Below, piece by piece: positions 25,509 through 35,374 of a stretch of DNA of 64,000 nucleotides (position 1 is its first letter; each line of letters begins with the position of its first letter). Source of the DNA: a virus. Where the stretch lies: IMG/VR virus record IMGVR_UViG_3300035182_001904; one strand, 5' to 3'. A model generated the notes under the pieces. The model ran no database searches. It saw only the letters and a list, made by a program, of their open reading frames with translations, and had not been told where the DNA came from. The position numbers and the translations under genes were made by a program.

Positions 25509-27914
25509 ATGGCCATTCGACCAGTCGTACTCGTTTACCAGGACCTGGCCACGCCGACGGTCACGCCGACGTCTCCAGACCTGAACTGCCTTGTCGTGGG
25601 GCCCGCGTTCCACATCCAGGACTACTTCAAGCCCGGCACCACGGACTACGCCGACAAGACCGACATCCAGGTCACGCCGGCGTATGGCACGTTGGAAGCA
25701 TCCCCTGACGGGACGCTGCCGACGGGCCCTGCCGTGATCACGGTTGCCGAGCCGCCGAACAACGCTGTCGGGGCCATCCTGGATGGCTCGAGCGTCGCGA
25801 TCTACTTCGACCAAGCGCGCGTCCGTATCGCGGGCAAGGGCGTCGACGCGGGTGGTGGCATCAAGGGCACGACCACGGTCCTGACGCCCAACCAGTTCGA
25901 CACCGCCGAGACCCTCCCAGGGCCGACCACGTTCGCCACGGCAGGGCCGGGCAAGGTGTTGCCGGGCGACCGTCTCGTCATCGTCGATGCGGGCACGGTC
26001 GTCATCGCGCGCACGGTGCTCTCGGTTGTCTCGGACACCCAGCTGCTGCTCACAGCAGACGTCACCGGCGGAACGTTCGTGCCGGCAGCCAACCAGCACT
26101 GGTACATCGAGCGGCAGATCAACGACGTCCAGATCGCTTCGTCGTTCGTCTCGCACACCAACAACGCCGTGAAGATCGCCGGCAGCGTGACGCTGGCAGT
26201 GACCGGGCAGGGTAGCAAGCCCGTGTCGTACGCCGTCGTGTACGAGGCGTACCGCTCGCTTCGTCAAGACATCGTCGACCTCGACACCATCGAGTCCGAG
26301 GCCGACATCCTGTCGAAGATCGGCCGTCTCGACGTGCGCAACCCGCTCGCGGCAGGTGCGTTCGTCGCGCTCGAGAACACGACCTCGGTCGTTCAGTTCA
26401 TCGGCGTGCTGTCCGACGACCTCGCGGGACACGTCACCGTGCGAGACCACATCTCGGCACGCCCCGATGTCTACGCCATCATCCCGATGACGACCGACGT
26501 GTCGATCTTCGCGATGTGGAACTCGGACTGCGTCGGACTCGCGCTGCCCGACAACGTTCACGGTCGTCCGCAGCGCTTCCGCGTCGTCATCGGCAACGGC
26601 ACGCTGCCGGTGACCAAGACGATCGTGGGTGCGTCGGCCACGGGCGCACCACTGCAGCTCAGCGGAAGCGCGCCCAGTGCGATCACGAAGATCGTGCTGA
26701 CGGGCGTGGCGACCCTGCTCACCACGGGCGGCGGCGTCATCCCGGGCGACATCCTCCGCGTGACAATCTCGTCTGTCCTCGGCGATGTCGCACTCGGCGA
26801 CTATCCGATCGCGTCCGTCGAGAGCGCGACCACGATCGAGGTCGACGTCGCGACACCGTTCGCGGGCGCGGGCACGTGCAACATCACCTGCGCGATCGTC
26901 TATGCGGACGGGACCACGGTTCGCGTGCCTTCGGCCGCGCTCATTGGTGTCATCACGTCGGCCGGCGATGACCTGTTCCTGATCCTCAAGGACCCGAGCG
27001 GCACGTTCATCGCGAGCGGCGTCGCTGCGGGTGACCTCATCAAGATCCCGGTCGACCCGAACGCAGCGATCACCTCGGCCACCGTCTTCACGACGCTCGT
27101 CGTCAACAACGTCATCAGCGATCAACGTCTGCAGATCGTCAACAACGGGCAGGACAGCTCGACGGTCCAGAACGAGCTGCCACACGGCGTGAAGCGGATC
27201 GGCGGCGCCCTCGTCGGCCTGACAACGGTCAACTTCGAGATCGTTCGTACGCTCTCGAAGAGCCAGCAAGTCACCGAGCTGGTGGCGGTCGCGCAGTCAT
27301 TCAACTCCAAGCGCACGGTCCTCGTGTGGCCGGACAAGTGCGACGTCGCAGGTGTCACGGGCGGCACCAAGCAGCCGGGCTACTACCTGGCATGCGCGGT
27401 CGGCGGCATGACCGCGGGTCTGCCGTCGCAGCAGGGGTTCACCAACCTCGGCATCGCGGGCGTGTCCCAGATCTACGACTCGAACACGTACTTCACGGAC
27501 AGCCAGCTCACCGACATCTCGAACGGTGGGTGGTACGTGTTCGCGCAGCAGACGACCACGTCGCTGCCGTACACCATCCACCAGCTGACCACGGACCCGG
27601 CGACGCTCGAGTCGGGCGAGTTCTCCGTCGTCAAGAACTTCGACTTCGTGTCGTTGTTCTTCGTCGACATCCTCGAGGACTTCCTCGGTCAGTACAACGT
27701 CACGCTCGACACGCTGACGCAGCTGCACGGTGCGCTGATCACCGGCTCGCAGCTCCTGTTGCTGCGCACGGCAGCGAAGATCGGTGCGCCGCTGACCTCG
27801 TTCGCCATCACGGCGCTCGAGGTCTCGCCGACGTCGGCGGACCGCGTGCTGATGTACTGCGCGATCGGCTTGCCCAAGCCGCTCAACGTCATCGAACTCC
27901 ACCTGGTGGCGTAA
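25509..27914 (+). CDS. Contractile tail sheath protein
   Basis: 801 aa; C-terminal sheath-like PGYYLACAVGGMTAGLPSQQGFTN...PKPLNVIELHL; beta-rich insertion domains. Confidence 0.8.
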   Translation: MAIRPVVLVYQDLATPTVTPTSPDLNCLVVGPAFHIQDYFKPGTTDYADKTDIQVTPAYGTLEASPDGTLPTGPAVITVAEPPNNAVGAILDGSSVAIYFDQARVRIAGKGVDAGGGIKGTTTVLTPNQFDTAETLPGPTTFATAGPGKVLPGDRLVIVDAGTVVIARTVLSVVSDTQLLLTADVTGGTFVPAANQHWYIERQINDVQIASSFVSHTNNAVKIAGSVTLAVTGQGSKPVSYAVVYEAYRSLRQDIVDLDTIESEADILSKIGRLDVRNPLAAGAFVALENTTSVVQFIGVLSDDLAGHVTVRDHISARPDVYAIIPMTTDVSIFAMWNSDCVGLALPDNVHGRPQRFRVVIGNGTLPVTKTIVGASATGAPLQLSGSAPSAITKIVLTGVATLLTTGGGVIPGDILRVTISSVLGDVALGDYPIASVESATTIEVDVATPFAGAGTCNITCAIVYADGTTVRVPSAALIGVITSAGDDLFLILKDPSGTFIASGVAAGDLIKIPVDPNAAITSATVFTTLVVNNVISDQRLQIVNNGQDSSTVQNELPHGVKRIGGALVGLTTVNFEIVRTLSKSQQVTELVAVAQSFNSKRTVLVWPDKCDVAGVTGGTKQPGYYLACAVGGMTAGLPSQQGFTNLGIAGVSQIYDSNTYFTDSQLTDISNGGWYVFAQQTTTSLPYTIHQLTTDPATLESGEFSVVKNFDFVSLFFVDILEDFLGQYNVTLDTLTQLHGALITGSQLLLLRTAAKIGAPLTSFAITALEVSPTSADRVLMYCAIGLPKPLNVIELHLVA

Positions 27915-27923
27915 GGCGCCTTC

Positions 27924-28565
27924 ATGTCCGACAACTTCTTCGACAAGTTCATCGCGGACCTCGTCAAGGGCGCGGAAGCCTCGCAAGGCTTCATGCCCGG
28001 GTCGAAGGTCAACGTCGAGATCTCGCGCGAGCATCGTGGTCGCGAGGAGAAGCTCGCGTCATTCGGTGGCGCCCTCGGCGGCGGTCTTCTCGGTGGTGGT
28101 GCTGGTGCACTTGGTGGCGGCCTCGCCGGCGCTGGCACGGGTGCACTGCTCGGCAAGCTGCTCCATCTCGACCCCGCGGTCGCCCAAGACATGGGTGCGC
28201 TGCTTGGCGTGGGAGGTGCTGCCGCAGGAGGTCTCGGCGGTGCGGCCGCAGGCACGGCGGCTGGCATGGAACCGCACCGTCCTTCGTTGATGGAGCGCAT
28301 GAAGGGCGGGGCCCTCGAGTCCCGCTACACCGACGGCATCAAGGCCGCCGCCGCAGCGTTCGGCATCAAGGAGGCCTTCCTCCCTGCGCTGCTTGGCGCG
28401 GCTGCCCCGATGCTCGGTCGCTCTCTGCTTGGCAAGGCTGCGCCTGCCATCGCGGGGCGTGTGGGCAGCGGGCTAGCAGGCGCTGCATTCGACACCGCAG
28501 CCCAAGCCGGTGGCCAGGCGATTGGCAACAAGCTGATGCCGCCGAAGCCCCCGATGCCAAACTGA
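27924..28565 (+). CDS. Glycine-zipper polyprotein with internal AYxxG motif
   Basis: EKLAS|FGGALGGGLLGGG...; ESRYTDGIKAAAAAFGIKEA|FLPALLG. Confidence 0.75.
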   Translation: MSDNFFDKFIADLVKGAEASQGFMPGSKVNVEISREHRGREEKLASFGGALGGGLLGGGAGALGGGLAGAGTGALLGKLLHLDPAVAQDMGALLGVGGAAAGGLGGAAAGTAAGMEPHRPSLMERMKGGALESRYTDGIKAAAAAFGIKEAFLPALLGAAAPMLGRSLLGKAAPAIAGRVGSGLAGAAFDTAAQAGGQAIGNKLMPPKPPMPN

Positions 28566-28569
28566 CCAA

Positions 28570-28881
28570 ATGATCAAGCGCGCCTACCACAGCGGAGTCG
28601 AAGCGGCGTCGAAGCGATTCGGCGTTCGCGAGGGCTCGATCATGGGCATGATCCAGGACACGCTTCCGTTGCTTGCGATGGGCGCTGCCAAAAGCACCGC
28701 GAAGGCGCTTGTGCCGGGCGCCTTCGCACACATCGATCGCTTGCAGGAAGCGCCCGGCAAGTTCCTGCGTCGCAACCTACTGCCCGCGCACATGCAAGTG
28801 TCACCTGCTGACGCGCTTGCACGACACCTCGAGACCGCGTCACTACCCCCAACAGGTCCTCACATGATGGGGATTCGATGA
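28570..28881 (+). CDS. AYxxG-leader small hydrophobic protein
   Basis: MIKRAYHSGVEAASKRFGVREG. Confidence 0.7.
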   Translation: MIKRAYHSGVEAASKRFGVREGSIMGMIQDTLPLLAMGAAKSTAKALVPGAFAHIDRLQEAPGKFLRRNLLPAHMQVSPADALARHLETASLPPTGPHMMGIR

Positions 28882-29810
28882 GCGTCGAGCAGTTCAAGAT
28901 CGCAGCCCTTCCGGTGGACGTCAGCAAGTTGCTGACGAATACACCTCTGGGCGGTGCGCTCGCCGGCGCCGGCATCGGTGGCCTCACGAGCTTGCTCAGC
29001 AGCGACGAGCACCCTCTGCGCGACATGGCGGTGGGTGCGGGTGCCGGCGGTCTTCATGGCCGCCTCGGGCAGCAGGCGAACGTTCTCGGGCAGCAGGCGG
29101 GACAGCTCGAGTCCCGCATGGGTGACGTCGAGCGCACGCTGGCAGCACGCCGCGCAGTTCCCGCATCCTCCGCAACGCCTGCGGCAGGCGGCTTCATGCG
29201 CATGTTGGGCGACCTTCTGGGTGGTCGAAAGAACGCAAGTTTCGCGTCGATTTTCCCGGCGGTCGCAGCTCCTGCGCTGGGTAGCTTTGCGGGCCGTGCG
29301 ATCGGCGCGAAGTTCAAGCAGCCGGACCTGGGCATGTTGCTCGGTGGCATCACCGGCGGCACCACCGGCCAGCTCCTCAAGGAGAAGGTCGAAGAGGCGG
29401 AAGACGCCACCGTGCCGCCCGGTGCACCGTACAACCTCGACGCGACGTCTCAGGATATCCCGTCGTGGGCGCTGCAGGGCGCACACCTCCTGCAGCCACG
29501 CATGAAGCAATCGGCACACGCGCATGGGCGTGAGCCCATTGGGGACGTACTGAAGGGTGAGATCCCGGGCTACCCCGTTGCGGAAGCCTTGGTCAAACAC
29601 GGCCCTGAAGCAGGGGCACGTACGTTCGGCGGCATGGCAGGCGGCGGCTTGGTGGGTGGCGGTCTCGGCGCGCTCGGAGCCTACGGCATCGAAAAGCTTC
29701 TCGGTCACCAGGTCAACGTGCCCGGCATCGGCATGTCACTTCCTGATCTACTCGCATCCGTTGGTGGCACAATTGGAGCCACCAAGGGCCTGCGCTACAT
29801 GAAAGCCTGA
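28878..29810 (+). CDS. Three-module glycine-zipper polyprotein
   Basis: FKIAA|, RKNAS|, MKQSA| each followed by a distinct GxxxG-rich segment. Confidence 0.75.
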   Translation: MSVEQFKIAALPVDVSKLLTNTPLGGALAGAGIGGLTSLLSSDEHPLRDMAVGAGAGGLHGRLGQQANVLGQQAGQLESRMGDVERTLAARRAVPASSATPAAGGFMRMLGDLLGGRKNASFASIFPAVAAPALGSFAGRAIGAKFKQPDLGMLLGGITGGTTGQLLKEKVEEAEDATVPPGAPYNLDATSQDIPSWALQGAHLLQPRMKQSAHAHGREPIGDVLKGEIPGYPVAEALVKHGPEAGARTFGGMAGGGLVGGGLGALGAYGIEKLLGHQVNVPGIGMSLPDLLASVGGTIGATKGLRYMKA

Positions 29811-29821
29811 AGGAGAACGTT

Positions 29822-30577
29822 ATGGCACTCGGCGTAGTTCAAGGATTCGATACCTGGGCGTTCCAGCAGAGCTACGTCGAGCGTGTGATGGACAACGCTG
29901 CATACACCGCAGCGCATCCTGACGACACGCTCGTGCTGGCAGGCCCCGCCCGTCGGCAGAATGTGGGGTCACAAAACCTGCTCGCCATCGGCATGCTGCA
30001 AGCCGTCAACTTCACGCAGACCAAGCCGACGCAGCCGATGATGGCGATCGGCTCGGGGCGTTCGTTCTACGTCAGCGGCAAGGCCCAGACCCAGTGGACG
30101 ATGGGCCGTCTGTTCGTGAACGGGCGCAACCTGCTTCGCGTGCTGTCGCACAACGCGGTCGCCGGTGGCATCAATCCGTCGCTGTTCGATGACCAGGCAT
30201 CCGACGCGGATCCGAACAGCAAGAAGTACTTCATCAACCTCGACTCCGAGCTGTTCCTGATCCCGTTCGGCATGGGCGCGGTGTTCCGCGACAAGACGCA
30301 CGGCTTCTGCGGCGGCTTCTACGCCGAGCTGTCGATGATCACCAGCTACGCCATCGGCTGGAACGCCGGCCAGAACCTCGTGCTCGAGAACGTCTCGGGC
30401 ATGTCGGATCGCCTTCTGCCATTCGGCAGCCTGACCAAGCCGGGCACGCGTCCGAACGCGGGCGGTGGCTCGGGCATCACGGCGACGTCGATCGATGCCG
30501 TGCTCGGGTTCATCGACAACACTACCACCGGCGAGAACCAGACGAACGCGCCTGGCGATACGGTTCCGCTCGAGTGA
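29822..30577 (+). CDS. Tail tube protein
   Basis: AIGMLQAVNFTQTKPTQPMMAIGSGRSFY; strong codon bias; downstream of sheath. Confidence 0.7.
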   Translation: MALGVVQGFDTWAFQQSYVERVMDNAAYTAAHPDDTLVLAGPARRQNVGSQNLLAIGMLQAVNFTQTKPTQPMMAIGSGRSFYVSGKAQTQWTMGRLFVNGRNLLRVLSHNAVAGGINPSLFDDQASDADPNSKKYFINLDSELFLIPFGMGAVFRDKTHGFCGGFYAELSMITSYAIGWNAGQNLVLENVSGMSDRLLPFGSLTKPGTRPNAGGGSGITATSIDAVLGFIDNTTTGENQTNAPGDTVPLE

Positions 30578-30855
30578 CCATGCGCACGGTACGTGAATGG
30601 TCGGTGCTGGTTGTCATCGTCGCCCTGTGCATGGGTGCTGATGGTGGCGGCAATGGCACTGCGGATGCAGCCGCGTTGCTGCGTGAGTTCGGGTTCCCCA
30701 TCTTCGTCAGCCTCTGGTTCATGTGGCGCGTCGAAAAGCGCATGGACCGCTTCACGGACAGCATCCAGAACCTCCTCACTGCCGTCACGGTCATGGCGAA
30801 GACCGTCGACGGACTGCCGGCCGCGCGCCCGCCGACACACCCACCTCACGCCTGA
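30574..30855 (+). CDS. Small membrane protein (holin-like)
   Basis: Two hydrophobic segments (FGFPIFVSLWFMWRV) then a coiled tail. Confidence 0.55.
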   Translation: MTMRTVREWSVLVVIVALCMGADGGGNGTADAAALLREFGFPIFVSLWFMWRVEKRMDRFTDSIQNLLTAVTVMAKTVDGLPAARPPTHPPHA

Positions 30856-30864
30856 AGGAGCCCC

Positions 30865-31098
30865 GTGTCCTGGATCGTAACGGGTGTTTTGGCGATGATT
30901 GTCGGGTTGATCGTGTGGACCGAAGTCCGTTGCGGACGTCGCAACAAGGTCTTCCACGCGCAGCTCGACCCTGAGGTCAACGCCCTCAAGAACAGCGTCA
31001 TGACGAAGTACCGTGAACGCTTCGGCAAGGACCCCACCGAGCAATTCACGACGGTCAGCGAGCCCAAGACGCACGGCCGGTTCGCGAAGAAGGCATGA
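30865..31098 (+). CDS. Small single-TM protein
   Basis: N-terminal hydrophobic helix. Confidence 0.55.
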   Translation: MSWIVTGVLAMIVGLIVWTEVRCGRRNKVFHAQLDPEVNALKNSVMTKYRERFGKDPTEQFTTVSEPKTHGRFAKKA

Positions 31099-31442
31099 AG
31101 CTCGCGCTCGCAGGTTTGTCGGTGGCCCTCGCGGTCGCATGGCTTCCGCTTGCCTGGCGCTTCTTGCGCGGGTGGCGCAATCGGAAGAACCCGGTGAGCC
31201 TCGCGATCTGCGCGGCCTTGTGCTTGTTCGCGTACACGAACATCATGTTGGCGCTGGAGCTGGTGGATGGTGAGTCGTGGGAATTCTTCACCATCGCAAC
31301 ACGCATCTTTGATCTCGTTGTGATCGTGAACTTCTACGTCGCGTTCCGATGGTCGGCGAAACGGTTTCCAGATGCACGCAGCCACCCGGTCGAGTACACC
31401 GTGCCGCCCATGAACTCGTCGAACACGCCGCGCGGGTCGTGA
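31095..31442 (+). CDS. Three-TM membrane protein
   Basis: Three hydrophobic helices; ATGA overlap. Confidence 0.6.
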   Translation: MKLALAGLSVALAVAWLPLAWRFLRGWRNRKNPVSLAICAALCLFAYTNIMLALELVDGESWEFFTIATRIFDLVVIVNFYVAFRWSAKRFPDARSHPVEYTVPPMNSSNTPRGS

Positions 31443-31454
31443 TACGGTCGGGAC

Positions 31455-32873
31455 GTGAAGGACCCTCTACGCGCACGACGCGGTGCTGCCAATCTCGGCG
31501 CCGCAGGTCTCGGGCGCACGGGTAAGGGGAATTGGGAGCTGGGCGTCGTCGTCGCATACAACTCCGCAACGCACACGTCGATCGTGCGGACGCACAGCGG
31601 ACGCCCGCTTCAAGACGTCCCTCAGATCAAGTCGACTGCCACGGGCTTCGACCACATCCCGACGGGCACGACCGTCGTGATCTCCTACGACTTGGGCATT
31701 CCCGCGATCGTTGGCTGCATGGACTTTCCAAGTCCGTCGCAACCGTCGGTTCAGGCACCGACGTTGACGGGCGTCGAAGGCGTGGGTGATGCCGATCCCA
31801 CGCAGCTGACACAGGGCACCAACAACTTCAAGCCGCCCAACGCGCCCACCGACATGGGAGCCGGTGATTGGGCCCAGGTGGGCACCCTGGGGAACCACGT
31901 CGCCGTGCTCGAGGGCGGGGTTACCTTGATGGGTAGCCCGAGCGCTCACGTGCAGTCGATTGGACCTTCTGGAACGCTGCGAACGATCGCACGCCGCATC
32001 CAGCAATTCTCAGACTTCGGGCAGATGCGCATCGAGAACGACCAAGGGCGGACGTCGTTCGTGCTTCGCGCAGGTTCCAACCAGGCGACCCAGTCCGGGA
32101 TGGACGAACAGCACTGGACGATCCGCTTGGACCTCGGCGCGACAGGTGATGTGTTGGATTTTCGAATCCTCGAGCCCGAGGGCAAGCTCTTGTTCCGGCT
32201 CCATGCCGGCTCGGATGGGCGCGTGCAGATCTATGGGGATGGTGGCGTTGACCTGTCGTCTGGCGACAAGGGAACGTCCGAGATGCGGCACGATGTTGCA
32301 GGGTCGAGGACCGCCACCGTCGGCGGAGACGAGACGCACGTCGTGGGCGGGAGCATGTCGTCCTCGATCGGGGCATCAGCAACCACCACGGTCAGCACCG
32401 ACGAGACGCGATCGGTGGGGCGCAATTCGACCGCGTTCGTCGGGGGCGACCGCGATGTCGGCGTGAGCGGTGCTGAAACGCAAGCGATCGCAGGCAACCG
32501 TGGCGTTCAAGTCGGCGGAGACGACACTGTCGACGTTAGCGGAAGTTCTACGTCCAAGGCAGGCAGCATCTACACGGTCGACGGCGGCACCGCAGTGAAG
32601 CTAGGCGCCAACGCGGTCGAGCCAGTGATCAAGGGCACCGCGTACGGAAGTACGGTGATGTCGCCTCTCGGAGCCGCCGGCGCTGCTGCAGAAACGATTG
32701 CAGCGACCGCCCTCGTGACGATCGCCCCGGACGCGTTTATCGGGTCACCAACCGCGCTCACCCTCACCGCAGTGACGCAGCTTGCAGGCGGGCTTGCCGC
32801 TCTTGGCGCCCAGCTGTCTGCGATCGCGGCGGCATACCCAGGAACTCTCTCCACCAAGGTACGCACCGAGTAA
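31455..32873 (+). CDS. Baseplate central spike (gp5/VgrG/GpV-like)
   Basis: N-terminal OB-fold (GVVVAYNSATHTSIV), C-terminal beta-helix repeats (TATVGGDETHVVGG, STAFVGGDRDVGV). Confidence 0.75.
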   Translation: MKDPLRARRGAANLGAAGLGRTGKGNWELGVVVAYNSATHTSIVRTHSGRPLQDVPQIKSTATGFDHIPTGTTVVISYDLGIPAIVGCMDFPSPSQPSVQAPTLTGVEGVGDADPTQLTQGTNNFKPPNAPTDMGAGDWAQVGTLGNHVAVLEGGVTLMGSPSAHVQSIGPSGTLRTIARRIQQFSDFGQMRIENDQGRTSFVLRAGSNQATQSGMDEQHWTIRLDLGATGDVLDFRILEPEGKLLFRLHAGSDGRVQIYGDGGVDLSSGDKGTSEMRHDVAGSRTATVGGDETHVVGGSMSSSIGASATTTVSTDETRSVGRNSTAFVGGDRDVGVSGAETQAIAGNRGVQVGGDDTVDVSGSSTSKAGSIYTVDGGTAVKLGANAVEPVIKGTAYGSTVMSPLGAAGAAAETIAATALVTIAPDAFIGSPTALTLTAVTQLAGGLAALGAQLSAIAAAYPGTLSTKVRTE

Positions 32874-32875
32874 CT

Positions 32876-33034
32876 ATGGTGGATGACCTCCGGTGGAGTG
32901 GTACGCCTGCGCTAGGCGCTATCTTGGCAAAGATGGCTGAGTTGTATGCACGTGCAGTTCGCGTCGACCTAGAGAGGCGTCGACAGAACGCAGAGCGTGT
33001 GTTGGCGATGTTCAACAAGAGCGTGCCCAAATGA
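32876..33034 (+). CDS. Small 52-aa baseplate-region protein
   Basis: ATG 32876 to TGA overlapping the next ATG. Confidence 0.45.
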   Translation: MVDDLRWSGTPALGAILAKMAELYARAVRVDLERRRQNAERVLAMFNKSVPK

Positions 33035-34773
33035 CCTGGACCGCGGTCAACCCGAACCAGCTGATACCCAGCAACATGGTGACTGCGATCACCGCTATGG
33101 GTGACGTGCTCGCGGGTGCGTTGAGCATCGACAACCCCCTGACGGGGCTTCCACCATTGCCTTCAATAGGTATTGGACCGGATGCAGTGCTTCTGGTGGT
33201 CAACGCGATTCTTGATACCTTGACCGGCATCTTGAAAGCGGGACGTATCCACACGCTCGCGATTCCGATCGTCAAGACAGTTCCAAACCAACCCCCACCG
33301 GCGTTGCCGCCGACTCTGCGCGATCTTCAGGCAGGGTTGAACGCGGCGCTTGGACCGCCGACGACGGCGGCAGCAGACGCCTATACAAAGATGATTGTTC
33401 GTACAGGCGGGAATGCAGGGTTTTACAAAGCGTTTGCAACGGCAACGAACAACCCCCAGGACCCCAACCGTCCGCAATACGACAACAAGAAAGACGCTGT
33501 CGTCATGGCGGTGCTGCTTGTGGGGGCTCCGCGGTTCTCCTCGATTGCTTCGGCAGCGAGGACGCTCGACATCCTGACACGCCCCTCGGGCGACAACAGT
33601 TACATCGCCCGCACGATCCCTATCCCGCAGAACCTGATTGCAAAGGTAGTCGGGTCTTCGACCGCGCCTGGTATCGGTGTCCGTCTCGACTGGGACGCCC
33701 CAAGCCCAGTCAATACGCTGCGTTATTTCCCCGGCGTATCAATCGTCGTCAATCGATACGCGGTGATTCGAACGACAGACGCGAAAGCAGCACAAGCACG
33801 CACGGTCCTCGACCTATTTACTACCGCGACACTGTCCGAAGGTCTAACGTCCGGGAAAAACAAGGTTGTCAAAATCGGGTCAGGTAAGAACACCGCGTAT
33901 CTAGACACGGACGACGGCATCGATCGGTCAGTGCCCGTCTACTACTTCATCGCATGGGAATGCTCCGTTCAAGAGCATGGTGAGACCGTCACACTTCCTT
34001 TCGACCGCTTGTCAAACGTGTCCAAGATTGCGGTCAAAGCTCCGACGCCGCCACAGACGGGAAGTTCTCCCAGCTGGAAGGCGACAGACGCCGCGATTGA
34101 CGCATTCCCCGCGTTGAGCGATGCCGCACAACGTTTCCTTGCAGAAGCGAACGTCTTACTCAAACCGTCGGCACACTCGGCTTCACGCATCGGCGATGCC
34201 GTCAAACTGGCACAAGGTGCAGCCACACGGCTTGCTGCCAGGTCTACCGAACTGATCAACGACATCAAGCGCCTGTCGGCGGCGTTGTCAGCACCTATCC
34301 CAAGCCTCTACGTCACACAGATGTCGAGCGAAAAGGGTGGAACGGCGTTCTTGCTTGCGGAGCTGGCCAAGCGTTTGGGCGATACGACAGACGAAACGCG
34401 GCCACCGTTTGACAATGGTGAGTACGTATGCGGCGTGTGCTTTGTTGCAGGGGCTCCGCGTCTCGCGGACCTTGCCAAGGTGATCACCTTCTTCAATGCA
34501 ATCTTCGGGACGGCAACCGCCGCGAATCCGTTACTGGGCCTCCTCGCTTCGATCGACACCTTGGTGACCCAAGCGGAGACGGTCGTCTTCCAGCCCAACA
34601 TGACGCCATTCCCGTCGGGCACTGACCTTACCAGCGTCGACCCCGCGACCGGGAAACCCGTCGTCCCGACGACGCCTGCAATTGCTGCAGATGGAACGCC
34701 CGTGGCGACGCTCGACGCAGCAAACCCGAACGCGGGCGACACGAACGTCACGCCCACCTCGGAACTCTGCTGA
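33031..34773 (+). CDS. Baseplate wedge-type protein with FN3-like domain
   Basis: Follows spike; VRLDWDAP..YAVIRT..YYFIAWE FN3-like pattern. Confidence 0.55.
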   Translation: MTWTAVNPNQLIPSNMVTAITAMGDVLAGALSIDNPLTGLPPLPSIGIGPDAVLLVVNAILDTLTGILKAGRIHTLAIPIVKTVPNQPPPALPPTLRDLQAGLNAALGPPTTAAADAYTKMIVRTGGNAGFYKAFATATNNPQDPNRPQYDNKKDAVVMAVLLVGAPRFSSIASAARTLDILTRPSGDNSYIARTIPIPQNLIAKVVGSSTAPGIGVRLDWDAPSPVNTLRYFPGVSIVVNRYAVIRTTDAKAAQARTVLDLFTTATLSEGLTSGKNKVVKIGSGKNTAYLDTDDGIDRSVPVYYFIAWECSVQEHGETVTLPFDRLSNVSKIAVKAPTPPQTGSSPSWKATDAAIDAFPALSDAAQRFLAEANVLLKPSAHSASRIGDAVKLAQGAATRLAARSTELINDIKRLSAALSAPIPSLYVTQMSSEKGGTAFLLAELAKRLGDTTDETRPPFDNGEYVCGVCFVAGAPRLADLAKVITFFNAIFGTATAANPLLGLLASIDTLVTQAETVVFQPNMTPFPSGTDLTSVDPATGKPVVPTTPAIAADGTPVATLDAANPNAGDTNVTPTSELC

Positions 34774-34781
34774 CCTCCGAC

Positions 34782-34810
34782 TTGTTTATCGGGTAAGCGA
34801 CGCCTATCAT
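34782..34810 (+). promoter_or_regulatory. TTGTTT-N17-TATCAT promoter; leaderless start at GTG 34816
   Basis: -10 ends 5 nt before the start codon. Confidence 0.55.
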
Positions 34811-34815
34811 TCCGC

Positions 34816-35079
34816 GTGCCCAAAATCCGGGAGTACTCGTGCGACTGCGGGAATCGCTTCGAGTACATGCACATGACCGACGAGGATTTGGCAAAATGCC
34901 CCTCGTGCGGAGAACCTGTCACCAGCGCGGACGAGCTGCTGGGTGGCCACTCGTGCACGACGATCGTGCCTATGTCGCGCACCTCACTGAAGAACAAGGC
35001 AGGATACGTTCACACACACGCTGACCGTCCAGCCGAGAAGGGCTCGGTCTCGGTGCCACGCAACAAGGGAGATATCTGA
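34816..35079 (+). CDS. FmdB-family zinc-ribbon protein
   Basis: MPKIREYSCDCGNRFEY...KCPSCG. Confidence 0.75.
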   Translation: MPKIREYSCDCGNRFEYMHMTDEDLAKCPSCGEPVTSADELLGGHSCTTIVPMSRTSLKNKAGYVHTHADRPAEKGSVSVPRNKGDI

Positions 35080-35363
35080 TGGTGACTGCACTCAAAGATC
35101 TGCTCGCGTCGAAGAAGTTCCTCGTCCTACTGGCTGCGATCATCGTCGCGATCGCCAGCAAGCTGGGGCTCAACCTCGACCCCGACATGTTGACCCAGAT
35201 CATCGCTCTCGCGGGCGCCTACATCGTGGGTCAGGGAATCGCCGATCATGGCAAAGAAGCCGCCAAGATCAACGCGGCAGCAAACGACAACGCTGCTCCG
35301 GCCGCTCCGGCCGCTCCGGCCGCTCCGGCTGCTCCGGGCGCTGCAACCACAGTCGCGGTCTGA
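35079..35363 (+). CDS. Holin-like membrane protein
   Basis: SKKFLVLLAAIIVAIA...IIALAGAYIVGQGIAD; APA repeat tail (gctccggcc/t x4). Confidence 0.65.
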   Translation: MVTALKDLLASKKFLVLLAAIIVAIASKLGLNLDPDMLTQIIALAGAYIVGQGIADHGKEAAKINAAANDNAAPAAPAAPAAPAAPGAATTVAV

Positions 35364-35374
35364 AGGAGTCCGTC

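Noticed and set aside
3642-27269. Long antisense ORFs (e.g. 3642-5303, 9234-10826, 18906-20342, 25461-27269, and 59791-61029 on plus)
   Set aside because: Shadow frames from high GC3 codon bias opposite well-supported genes.
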